Source: an uncultured Methylophilaceae bacterium (GTDB taxonomy: Bacteria; Pseudomonadota; Gammaproteobacteria; Burkholderiales; Methylophilaceae). From it: DNA of 64,000 nucleotides. Position 1 is the first letter of the stretch; each line of letters begins with the position of its first letter. The notes beneath the pieces are model-generated. The model was not told the DNA's origin. It saw only the letters and a list, made by a program, of their open reading frames with translations, and searched no databases. The stretch lies in the NCBI GenBank assembly GCA_964398195.1, contig CAYNLW010000003.1:4020-68019 (forward strand), given 5' to 3'. A program made the position numbers and the translations under genes. Shown piece after piece: positions 51,892 to 60,342 of the stretch.

Positions 51892-53304
51892 CTAAAAACT
51901 TCTGATATCGACAAAGTGCCCAGCGATGGCGGCTGCCGCGGCCATGGCGGGACTGACTAAATGGGTTCTGCCGCCCTGCCCTTGGCGACCCTCAAAATTA
52001 CGATTAGAGGTAGAAGCGCAACGCTCGCCCGGTTCCAAGCGGTCTGCATTCATGGCTAAACACATAGAACAACCAGGTTGGCGCCATTCAAAACCGGCTT
52101 GCATAAAAATCTCGTGCAGCCCTTCTGCCTCGGCTTGCGCTTTTACCAAGCCAGAACCGGGGACGACTAGCGCGAGCTTGATATTGCTAGCGACTTTTTT
52201 GCCTTTTGCCACTTGTGCAGCCGCACGCAAATCTTCAATTCTAGAGTTGGTACAAGAGCCGATAAAAATTTTGTCTAAGCGAATTTGTTGTATCGGGGTA
52301 TCCGCTTGTAAATCCATATATTGCAAAGCGCGCTGCATACCGGCACGTTTGGTCGCGTCAGCTTCCAAAGCGGGATTAGGCACTTTATCGGAAACCGCGA
52401 CCACCATCTCAGGCGAAGTCCCCCAAGTCACTTGCGGGGCAATCTCAGCGGCATTTAATTGCACTACAGCATCAAATTGCGCGCCTGGGTCGCTGACTAA
52501 GGTGCGCCAATAAGCCACCGCCTGATCCCACAATGCGCCCTTGGGGGCATACGGTTTATCGCGCAGATAATCGATGGTGGTTTGATCTACCGCCACCATG
52601 CCAGCCCGCGCACCTGCCTCTATGGCCATATTACACAGCGTCATACGACCTTCCATGCTAAGCGCTTGAATAGCGCTGCCAGCAAACTCGATGGCATAAC
52701 CCGTGCCACCAGCGGTGCCGATTTTGCCTATGATGGCCAGCGCCACGTCTTTGGCTGTGACCTGTGGCGCCAATGCGCCATCAACGCGGATTAACATGGA
52801 TTTGGATTTGTTTTGTAGCAAACATTGGGTGGCTAATACATGTTCCACTTCGGAAGTGCCTATGCCATGCGCTAGCGCACCAAATGCGCCGTGCGTGCTG
52901 GTATGCGAATCGCCGCACACCACCGTCATACCGGGCAAGGTGGCGCCTTGTTCAGGGCCGACCACATGCACTATGCCTTGGCGCTGATCCATAAAGGGGA
53001 AGTAGGCTTTGGCGCCAAACTCTTTGATATTGGCGTCCAGCGTCATAATTTGCGTTTTAGAAACTTGGTCAGCGATGCCTTCCAAGCCCTTTTCCCAACC
53101 TGTGGTCGGGGTGTTGTGGTCAGCGGTGGCCACCACGCTATCTACCCGCCAAGGCTTACGACCAGCCAAACGCAGACCTTCAAAGGCTTGCGGGCTGGTG
53201 ACTTCATGCACTAAATGGCGGTCGATATAAATCAACGCAGCGCCATTCTCTTGATGCACGATATGGGAATCAAATAATTTGTCGTATAAAGTGTTTGCTG
53301 CCAT
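51892..53304 (-). CDS. leuC: 3-isopropylmalate dehydratase large subunit
   Basis: Aconitase-family Fe-S ligand motifs VCGDSHT and [12 protein letters not shown]. Confidence 0.95.
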   Translation of the reverse strand: MAANTLYDKLFDSHIVHQENGAALIYIDRHLVHEVTSPQAFEGLRLAGRKPWRVDSVVATADHNTPTTGWEKGLEGIADQVSKTQIMTLDANIKEFGAKAYFPFMDQRQGIVHVVGPEQGATLPGMTVVCGDSHTSTHGAFGALAHGIGTSEVEHVLATQCLLQNKSKSMLIRVDGALAPQVTAKDVALAIIGKIGTAGGTGYAIEFAGSAIQALSMEGRMTLCNMAIEAGARAGMVAVDQTTIDYLRDKPYAPKGALWDQAVAYWRTLVSDPGAQFDAVVQLNAAEIAPQVTWGTSPEMVVAVSDKVPNPALEADATKRAGMQRALQYMDLQADTPIQQIRLDKIFIGSCTNSRIEDLRAAAQVAKGKKVASNIKLALVVPGSGLVKAQAEAEGLHEIFMQAGFEWRQPGCSMCLAMNADRLEPGERCASTSNRNFEGRQGQGGRTHLVSPAMAAAAAIAGHFVDIRSF

Positions 53305-53398
53305 GACCTATTCCAAAATTTTGTCTAAATGCTACCCGCTAGTTTTGTCTTACCGCGCCAGTTTTACAACGCCTGTTTTGCCCACTTGATGCGACTGA

Positions 53399-53893
53399 TT
53401 AATCTCTAAAATTGCCGTACTGTAAGGGAAAGTCGGTAATCGACTTTCTCGCCAAAGCGATGGTGTCTTGCAACATATCACGCTTAGCGCCACTGACACG
53501 CACTGTATCGCCTTGAATACTGGCTTGCACTTTTAAGCCGCTATCTTTAATCAGCTTGACCAGTTTTTTGGCCAATTCGCTGTCGATACCAGCGCGTATT
53601 TTTAATTCTTGTTTGACCTTGTTGCCAGAGATTTTTTGCACCGCTTGATGGTCCAAACGCTTGGCGCTATCGGCTTCTTTTTTCTCCATCGCCGGCAATA
53701 AAATGGCTTTCACTTGGTCCAGCTGAAAATCAGAATCACCAAACAAGGTGATGACTTTATCTTTTTCGTTTAACTCCACTGCAGCACTAGTGCCTTTGAA
53801 ATCATAACGGGTGGCAATTTGGCGCGCGCAAACATCGACCGCATTTTTTAATGCCACCATATCTACTTCAGAACTAATATCAAATGAGGGCAT
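53399..53893 (-). CDS. yajQ: YajQ-family nucleotide (cyclic-di-GMP)-binding protein
   Basis: MPSFDISSEVDMVALKNAVD is the typical YajQ N-terminus. 164 aa. Confidence 0.88.
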   Translation of the reverse strand: MPSFDISSEVDMVALKNAVDVCARQIATRYDFKGTSAAVELNEKDKVITLFGDSDFQLDQVKAILLPAMEKKEADSAKRLDHQAVQKISGNKVKQELKIRAGIDSELAKKLVKLIKDSGLKVQASIQGDTVRVSGAKRDMLQDTIALARKSITDFPLQYGNFRD

Positions 53894-53902
53894 GACACGC
53901 TC

Positions 53903-54214
53903 CTATTCAAAATGACATACGTAATCCAAGGTTTCTACAATCTCAATCTCAAAGCTGGAATTGCCCGGCACAGTGAATTTATCGCCTTGCTGATAGCTCT
54001 TCCATTCGCTCTCGCCTTGCAACTTAACGCGGCATTTGCCTAGATTGATTTCCATCAACTCCGGCGCAGCGGTGTTAAAGCTGAGCAAGCCGGGGAACAT
54101 CACGCCTATGGTGCTGCGTGTGCCATTGGGGAACATCACGGTGTGGCTGACGCACTTGCCGTCAAAGTAAATATTGGCTTTCTTTTTTACGCTTACATTG
54201 TCAAATTGTGCCAT
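53903..54214 (-). CDS. ppnP: Pyrimidine/purine nucleoside phosphorylase PpnP (DUF1255 cupin)
   Basis: [23 protein letters not shown]...GVMFPG. About 103 aa from ATG 54214, preceded by AGGAG. The longer ORF to 54280 overlaps argG. Confidence 0.85.
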   Translation of the reverse strand: MAQFDNVSVKKKANIYFDGKCVSHTVMFPNGTRSTIGVMFPGLLSFNTAAPELMEINLGKCRVKLQGESEWKSYQQGDKFTVPGNSSFEIEIVETLDYVCHFE

Positions 54215-54227
54215 GAGCAACTCCTGT

Positions 54228-55454
54228 TTATTTGGCTTTCTTGTTGGAAAGATTGGCCGCAATGCGCATTCTGAGCGCATTCAGCTTGATAAAACCACCT
54301 GCATCGCGCTGATCATAAGCGCCTTTGTCATCTTCAAAAGTGGCAATGGTGGGGTCGAATAGCGAATCGGTTTTGGAATCACGGCCGACCACGATGACAT
54401 TGCCTTTGTATAGCTTGAGCCTGACCCAGCCATTCACCACTTGTTGCGTGTAATCGATAAGCGCTTGCAGGGTATGGCGCTCTGGGCTCCACCAATAGCC
54501 GTTATAAATCATGCTGGCATAGCGTGGCATTAAATCGTCTTTTAAATGCGCCACTTCGCGGTCTAGCGTAATGGACTCGATGGCGCGGTGCGCTTTCAGC
54601 AGTATGGTGCCGCCCGGTGTTTCATAACAGCCGCGTGACTTCATACCGACATAGCGGTTTTCTACCAAATCTAAACGGCCTATGCCGTGTTTGCCACCCA
54701 ACACATTGAGCGCGGCTAATAATTCATGCGGCGCCATGGCTTGCCCATTTAAGCTAATCGGGTCGCCGTGGCGATATTGCAAATCGATATATTCCGCCTC
54801 ATCAGGAGCGCGTTCTGGCGATACTGTCCAACGCCACATCTCTTCTTCGGCTTCCGCCGCGGGATCTTCTAGGTGTCTGCCCTCGTAAGAAATATGCAGC
54901 AAATTAGCGTCCATGCTGTATGGGCTGCCGCCTTGTCTATGCTTCATTTCAACCGGAATACCGTGTTGCTCAGCATAGGCCAATAATTTTTCGCGCGACA
55001 GCAAATCCCATTCACGCCACGGGGCAATAATATGGATATTGGGGTTAAGCGCATAAGCGCCCAACTCAAAACGCACTTGGTCATTGCCCTTGCCAGTGGC
55101 GCCGTGCGAAATAGCATCGGCATTGGTTTCTCTGGCAATTTCGATCAAGCGTTTGGCGATCAATGGTCGCGCAATAGAAGTGCCCAGCAAATATTCGCCC
55201 TCATACACGGTATTGGCACGGAACATAGGGAATACGAAATCACGCACAAACTCTTCGCGCAAATCGTCGATATAAATCTCTTTTACCCCGAATTTTTGTG
55301 CTTTCTCGCGTGCTGGCTCTAATTCCTCGCCTTGCCCAAGGTCAGCGGTAAACGTCACCACCTCACATTGATATTGGTCTTGCAACCATTTCAGAATCAC
55401 CGAGGTATCTAAACCACCCGAATATGCCAACACTGCTTTTTTGATTTTACTCAT
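54228..55454 (-). CDS. argG: Argininosuccinate synthase
   Basis: [15 protein letters not shown]-binding motif. 408 aa. Confidence 0.95.
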   Translation of the reverse strand: MSKIKKAVLAYSGGLDTSVILKWLQDQYQCEVVTFTADLGQGEELEPAREKAQKFGVKEIYIDDLREEFVRDFVFPMFRANTVYEGEYLLGTSIARPLIAKRLIEIARETNADAISHGATGKGNDQVRFELGAYALNPNIHIIAPWREWDLLSREKLLAYAEQHGIPVEMKHRQGGSPYSMDANLLHISYEGRHLEDPAAEAEEEMWRWTVSPERAPDEAEYIDLQYRHGDPISLNGQAMAPHELLAALNVLGGKHGIGRLDLVENRYVGMKSRGCYETPGGTILLKAHRAIESITLDREVAHLKDDLMPRYASMIYNGYWWSPERHTLQALIDYTQQVVNGWVRLKLYKGNVIVVGRDSKTDSLFDPTIATFEDDKGAYDQRDAGGFIKLNALRMRIAANLSNKKAK

Positions 55455-55458
55455 TGCT

Positions 55459-56379
55459 TTAAACCTTTATTTTCCCTTTGACCAAATATTCCATCAGCGC
55501 CTTTTGCGTATGTAGGCGGTTTTCTGCTTCATCCCATACCACCGATTGCGGGCCGTCGATGACTTCGCTAGCCACTTCTTCGCCTCTATGAGCTGGCAAA
55601 CAATGCATAAACAAAGCGTCAGCTTTGGCTTCGCGCATCATCTCTGCGTCCACCTGCCAATCCACAAAATCACGCATGCGTTCTTCGTTTTCCGCTTCAA
55701 AGCCCATCGATGTCCATACATCGGTGGTCACCAAATCGGCGCCTTTAACCGCCTGCATAGGGTCAGCGAATTGTTGATAGTGCGCGTCATTGATTAAACC
55801 AGCGCGTTCAGGCTCTACTTCATAGCCGGGTGGGGTAGAAACATTGACATGAAAGTCCAATACCTCGGCGGCTTGTAGCCAAGTATTGCAAACATTATTG
55901 GAGTCGCCTATCCAAGCCACTGTCTTACCTTGAATCGAGCCTCTGTGCTCGATAAAGGTAAAGATATCGGCCAAAATTTGACAGGGGTGATATTCATTGG
56001 TGAGGCCGTTAATCACTGGCACACGCGAGTGTTTGGCAAAACGCTCGATAATCTCTTGCTCGAAAGTACGTATCATCACCAAGTCGCTCATACGCGAAAT
56101 CACTTGCGCCGCGTCTTCCACTGGCTCACCCCGTCCCAGCTGTGAGTCACGGGTATTCAGATAAATGGCCGAGCCGCCAAGTTGCTGCATACCCGCCTCG
56201 AAAGACAAGCGCGTACGGGTGCTGGCTTTTTCAAATATCATCACCAAGGTTCTGTCCACCAACGGCCAATATTGTTGATAAGCCTTAAACTCGGCCTTAA
56301 TCCATGCGGTGCGCTGAAATAGATAATTCAGCTCATCACGGCTCAGATCGTTAAATTGTAAAAAATGTTGAATACTCAT
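55459..56379 (-). CDS. argF: Ornithine carbamoyltransferase
   Basis: [17 protein letters not shown] and [11 protein letters not shown]. Confidence 0.92.
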   Translation of the reverse strand: MSIQHFLQFNDLSRDELNYLFQRTAWIKAEFKAYQQYWPLVDRTLVMIFEKASTRTRLSFEAGMQQLGGSAIYLNTRDSQLGRGEPVEDAAQVISRMSDLVMIRTFEQEIIERFAKHSRVPVINGLTNEYHPCQILADIFTFIEHRGSIQGKTVAWIGDSNNVCNTWLQAAEVLDFHVNVSTPPGYEVEPERAGLINDAHYQQFADPMQAVKGADLVTTDVWTSMGFEAENEERMRDFVDWQVDAEMMREAKADALFMHCLPAHRGEEVASEVIDGPQSVVWDEAENRLHTQKALMEYLVKGKIKV

Positions 56380-56475
56380 TTTGCTTCCTAAGCGTTTGCT
56401 GCTTTCCGCCTACGCGCTTGGCACGGCGGCTTGTGTTGCATAGCTTTGCACGGCTAGCTAATCCTGCTAGCCAGT

Positions 56476-57657
56476 CTAACTGTGTTGTAAAAACTGCCGT
56501 ATTAATTGCGCCAACTTGCTGACCAAAAGCGCGGCTTCTTGCGCATTGATGATGAGCGGTGGCAACAGACGTATCACGCGCTCGGCGGTGACATTGATTA
56601 ATAATTTTTCCGCCAAGGCCAATTTCACTAATTCGGCACAAGGTCTATCCAGTTCTACCCCTATCATCAAGCCGGCATTACGCACATTCACCACAGCAGG
56701 CAAATCGGCCAACTGCTCACGCAAGCCATTAGCAATCAGCTCGCCCATGGCATGGGCATTTTGCCGCAATTGCTCTTGCTCAATAATGTGCAAGGTGGCT
56801 AATCCCGCGCTAGTGGCCAGCGGGTTGCCACCAAAAGTCGAGCCATGCTTACCAGGAGTAAAGGTTTCAGCGGCTTTGCCATGCGCCAAACAAGCGCCTA
56901 TAGGCACACCAGAACCTAGCCCTTTGGCCAAGGACATCACATCTGGCATGATTTGGCTATGCTGAAAAGCGAACCAAGTGCCAGTTCTGGCCACCCCAGA
57001 TTGCACTTCATCGACCATTAACAACCATTGTTGCGCATCGCAGATTTGTCTTAATTGTTGCAGATAGCCCACGCCATCATGCGGAATATTGATACCGCCC
57101 TCGCCTTGCACAGGCTCGACTAAAATCGCCACCACATTTTTGTTATTGATGGCGACTTGCCGTATCGCTTCCACATCATCATACGGCACCCGCACAAAGC
57201 CGCTGACCAAAGGCTCAAAGCCGGCTTGCGCTTTGCGATTGCCGGTGGCGGATAAGGTGGCTAGGGTACGTCCATGAAAGGATTTTTCCATGACGATAAT
57301 TTCTGGGTTTTGTATGCCGCGCTGATGGCCGTATAAACGCGCCAATTTGATAGAAGCCTCATTGGCTTCGCAACCGGAGTTGCAGAAAAACACTTTATCC
57401 ATGCCAGAGATTTCGCATAGCTTATCGGCTAGCGCCTCTTGTTGCTGGATATGGTAGATATTGGAAACATGAATCAACTTGGAGATTTGCTTATTCAGCG
57501 CCTCAATCAACTTAGGGTGACTATGCCCTAAGCCATTCACCGCCACGCCAGAAAGCGCGTCTAGATAACGCTCACCCTGTTGGTCATATAGCCATACCCC
57601 CTCACCTCTGTCAAAGGTGACCGGTAATCTGCCATAAGTATTCATTAAATGTGACAT
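56476..57657 (-). CDS. argD: Acetylornithine aminotransferase (class III PLP aminotransferase)
   Basis: MNTYGRLPVTFDRGEGVWLYD, DEVQSGVARTG and SLAKGLGSGVPIGA. Confidence 0.9.
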   Translation of the reverse strand: MSHLMNTYGRLPVTFDRGEGVWLYDQQGERYLDALSGVAVNGLGHSHPKLIEALNKQISKLIHVSNIYHIQQQEALADKLCEISGMDKVFFCNSGCEANEASIKLARLYGHQRGIQNPEIIVMEKSFHGRTLATLSATGNRKAQAGFEPLVSGFVRVPYDDVEAIRQVAINNKNVVAILVEPVQGEGGINIPHDGVGYLQQLRQICDAQQWLLMVDEVQSGVARTGTWFAFQHSQIMPDVMSLAKGLGSGVPIGACLAHGKAAETFTPGKHGSTFGGNPLATSAGLATLHIIEQEQLRQNAHAMGELIANGLREQLADLPAVVNVRNAGLMIGVELDRPCAELVKLALAEKLLINVTAERVIRLLPPLIINAQEAALLVSKLAQLIRQFLQHS

Positions 57658-57669
57658 AAATTGCTCTGT

Positions 57670-57714
57670 GGTTAATTGCTGCTAGGTTAATTGCTGCAAG
57701 GTTAATTGCCGCCA
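57670..57714. repeat. Three tandem 15-bp repeats, ending 12 nt upstream of the argD start codon
   Basis: GGTTAATTGCTGCTA / GGTTAATTGCTGCAA / GGTTAATTGCCGCCA. Confidence 0.85.
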
Positions 57715-57730
57715 CGCGCATGGCATCAGG

Positions 57731-57760
57731 CAAAAAAGAAAATGGCGGCTGTTGCCGCCA
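57731..57760 (-). terminator. Canonical rho-independent terminator on the minus strand with no annotated gene upstream of it
   Basis: The minus strand reads TGGCGGC-AACA-GCCGCCA followed by TTTTCTTTTTTG. It lies 73 nt upstream of the argD ATG. Confidence 0.55.
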
Positions 57761-57787
57761 ATTTCATACAAGCTTGTCCACTTGTCT

Positions 57788-57818
57788 TACTGATGCTCAT
57801 CACTGATGCTCATCAGTA
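57788..57818. repeat. 13-bp tandem duplication that is also an imperfect 31-bp palindrome
   Basis: TA-CTGATGCTCATCA-CTGATGCTCATCA-GTA. The outer arms TACTGATG / CATCAGTA are complementary. Confidence 0.8.
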
Positions 57819-58064
57819 TTGCGAATAAGCCCCGAATATTAGCGCAAAAGTGCCGTAAAATCAAGCCAAATCAGGCAATCCACAAGGCTGCTAGCGGCCG
57901 AATTGCGCGACTGTTAATCTGAGCAAGTGGCTAAGCAAGGAACCCCTGGCGATCACGTATGGTCTTTGCTTTAAGTTTGAGTAAATTAAGCAAATTTAAA
58001 GCCAAGTCTAGGCCTTGCAATATTTCGCTATGCTGTTTCGCCATACTTTTGCGATGCTAGGCCT

Positions 58065-58116
58065 AAATTTCCACTTAAATTTCACTTGAAAATTTCACTT
58101 GAAAAAATTTTACTTT
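58065..58116. repeat. Four tandem A-tract repeats (A3-6 TTT(C)CACTT(G), period 12-15 bp) upstream of the Rieske oxygenase gene
   Basis: AAATTTCCACTT / AAATTTCACTTG / AAAATTTCACTTG / AAAAAATTTTACTTT. Confidence 0.75.
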
Positions 58117-58173
58117 AGGGCAAAATCATGCCCCTTTTAAACCAGCTCAAGCCAGCAGGAAATTACAATCGCG

Positions 58174-59364
58174 ATGCCGCTTGAGTGGGCAATAACAGAG
58201 CATAAATCCATAGCGCAAACAGTGATGCAAGCAAATTATTTACAACAGCCCTACGCCAATATCGCCATGTCATCTTCGCTGCAAGAGGACATGGCAGCAG
58301 CAGTGCAATTGCCGGTGGCATGGTATGTGAATCCGGCCATTTATGCTTTAGAGCAACAGCATATTTTTCAACATGCGCCGCACTATATCGGGCATGAGTT
58401 GATGGTGCCCAATCAGGGCGATTACTACACGCTAGCGTGGATGCAAAATGGCAAGGCCTTGATTAATAACGCGCAAGGCATTCATTTGATGAGTAATATC
58501 TGCCGTCATCGGCAAGCCATTATGCTAGAGGGCAAGGGCCATACCCAGCATATCGTCTGCCCGTTGCACCGCTGGACCTATAACACCAAAGGCGAGTTAT
58601 TAGGTGCGCCACATTTCAAACAAAACCCCTGTTTGCACCTAGACGCCAAACCGCTTAAAAACTGGCAGGGTTTGCTATTTGATAGCCCACGCGATATCGC
58701 CCAAGAACTCGCTGATTTAGGCTGTCAGCAAGATTTCGATTTCACCGGCTATATGCTGGACAGGGTGATGATTGAGGACTATGCCTTCAACTGGAAAACC
58801 TTTATCGAGGTCTATCTTGAGGACTACCACGTTGGGCCTTTCCACCCTGGCTTAAATCAATTTGTCGATTGCGAGGCCTTGAATTGGCAGTTTGCTGAAC
58901 AATATAGCGTGCAAACCGTAGGCTTTAAGTCTTCTTTAAATCGCCCCGGCAGTGATATCTATCAACAATGGCAACAACAAGTAGCCGCCTATCATGGCGC
59001 GGCCTTGCCCAAGTATGGCGCGATTTGGATGGTGTATTACCCTTTCTTGATGATTGAGTGGTATCCCAATGTCTTGGTGGTGTCGCATATTATTCCTAGA
59101 GATGTGCACCACTGCACCAATGTGGTGGAGTTTTATTACCCAGAAGATATCGCATTATTTGAACAAGCTTATGTGCAAGCGCAACAAGCGGCATACAACG
59201 AAACCGCGATTGAAGATAAGCAAATCTGTCAGCGCATGCACGATGGCCGACGCGCCTTATATGCCATGGGACAAGATCAGCGTGGCCCGTATCAACACCC
59301 TATGGAAACCGGTATGCAGCATTTCCATCAATGGCTGCGCCGTCGTCTAGACCCACATCTGTGA
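58174..59364 (+). CDS. Rieske non-heme iron oxygenase, alpha-subunit type
   Basis: Rieske ligands CRHRQ...(17)...CPLHRW, and the mononuclear iron motif NWKTFIEVYLEDYHVGPFH. No beta subunit or reductase gene lies adjacent. Confidence 0.8.
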   Translation: MPLEWAITEHKSIAQTVMQANYLQQPYANIAMSSSLQEDMAAAVQLPVAWYVNPAIYALEQQHIFQHAPHYIGHELMVPNQGDYYTLAWMQNGKALINNAQGIHLMSNICRHRQAIMLEGKGHTQHIVCPLHRWTYNTKGELLGAPHFKQNPCLHLDAKPLKNWQGLLFDSPRDIAQELADLGCQQDFDFTGYMLDRVMIEDYAFNWKTFIEVYLEDYHVGPFHPGLNQFVDCEALNWQFAEQYSVQTVGFKSSLNRPGSDIYQQWQQQVAAYHGAALPKYGAIWMVYYPFLMIEWYPNVLVVSHIIPRDVHHCTNVVEFYYPEDIALFEQAYVQAQQAAYNETAIEDKQICQRMHDGRRALYAMGQDQRGPYQHPMETGMQHFHQWLRRRLDPHL

Positions 59365-59383
59365 ATACGTCAGCGACCCACCA

Positions 59384-60247
59384 TTGAAGCCCAATCTCGG
59401 TAGTTTATGGATGTTAGCCGCAGCGCTGTGTTTTGCGGTGATGGGCGCGTTTGTCAAGCATTGCGGGCAATATTTTTCTAGCGCGGAATTGGTGTTTTAT
59501 CGTTCCCTATTTGGCCTAGTGTTGATCGCGCTATTTGTGCTGGGGCGCGGCTATTCCATTAAAACCCCACTGCTTAAAAAACAAATCACCCGCTCTAGTT
59601 ATGGCTTTATCTCTATGGTGATGTTTTTCTATGCCTTAAGCCATCTGCCTTTAGCCAGCGCCATGACGCTTAACTACACCTCACCCTTGGCGATGGCTGC
59701 CATACTCACCATCAGCCAACATGAAAAACCTCGACCTATACTCTGGCTAGCCCTGCTATTGGGCTTTATCGGCGTGGTGCTATTGCTGCGCCCCAGCATA
59801 CACGCGCAACAATGGCTAGCAGGCGGACTGGGGCTGCTGTCAGGGATTTTGGCGGGGCTGGTGTATGTGCATGTGATGCAACTAGGGCGGGCGCATGAAC
59901 CGGATTGGCGCACGGTATTTTATTTCTCACTCACTTGTAGCATAGGCGGCGGCGCATGGATGCTGATTCATCAATATCACCCTATACGCAGCCAAGATAT
60001 CTTGCCTTTAATCGCGCTAGGCGCTTTTGCTACCATGGGGCAACTCACCATGACACGCGCCTATCGCACTGGCAACCCTTTTGTGGTGGGCAGTTTGGCA
60101 TATAGCACCGTGGTCATCGCCAGCTTGCTTGGCTGGCTGGTGTGGCAGGAACAGCTATCGCTGCAAAGTGTGCTGTCGATATTGATTATTGTTGGCGCTG
60201 GCATCATTAGCGTGTATAGCAACACGCATAGGCAGCAGGCTAATTAA
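59384..60247 (+). CDS. EamA-family (DMT superfamily) transporter
   Basis: Ten hydrophobic helices arranged as two EamA-like repeats. Start at TTG 59384 or ATG 59411. Confidence 0.8.
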   Translation: MKPNLGSLWMLAAALCFAVMGAFVKHCGQYFSSAELVFYRSLFGLVLIALFVLGRGYSIKTPLLKKQITRSSYGFISMVMFFYALSHLPLASAMTLNYTSPLAMAAILTISQHEKPRPILWLALLLGFIGVVLLLRPSIHAQQWLAGGLGLLSGILAGLVYVHVMQLGRAHEPDWRTVFYFSLTCSIGGGAWMLIHQYHPIRSQDILPLIALGAFATMGQLTMTRAYRTGNPFVVGSLAYSTVVIASLLGWLVWQEQLSLQSVLSILIIVGAGIISVYSNTHRQQAN

Positions 60248-60255
60248 GACTTGGC

Positions 60256-60303
60256 CAGTTTAAGCCTTTGTCAGGTTAAGCCTTTGTAAGTTTAAGCGCC
60301 TGC
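60256..60303. repeat. Three tandem 16-bp repeats in the convergent gap between the EamA gene and the response regulator
   Basis: CAGTTTAAGCCTTTGT / CAGGTTAAGCCTTTGT / AAGTTTAAGCGCCTGC. Confidence 0.85.
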
Positions 60304-60342
60304 CAGCCAGAGAAAACGCTTAGCTGTTAAAGCGCAAAAAAC

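Noticed and set aside
49103-52513. Long antisense ORFs inside asd (49103-49570, 155 aa) and leuC (51926-52513, 195 aa), plus several in fimV (47402-48406)
   Set aside because: All are embedded in genes with clear catalytic motifs on the other strand. They have no SD and no recognisable domains.
56351-56641. 96-aa minus-strand ORF bridging the argD-argF gap
   Set aside because: It overlaps the 3' end of argD out of frame and the argF start. The translation is Arg/Ala-rich with no motif. The gap instead holds a 7-bp intercistronic hairpin (GGCTAGC-N7-GCTAGCC, 56449-56469).
57658-57760. ARG boxes (ArgR operators) upstream of argD and argF
   Set aside because: No 18-bp AT-rich palindromes of the TGAAT-N-ATTCA type are present. 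The 15-bp repeats are direct, not inverted.
57720-57806. 28-codon Cys-containing plus-strand ORF (MASGKKENGGCCRQFHTSLSTCLTDAHH) in the argD-oxygenase gap
   Set aside because: It has no SD and runs through the terminator hairpin and the palindromic repeat, so the reading frame is probably incidental.
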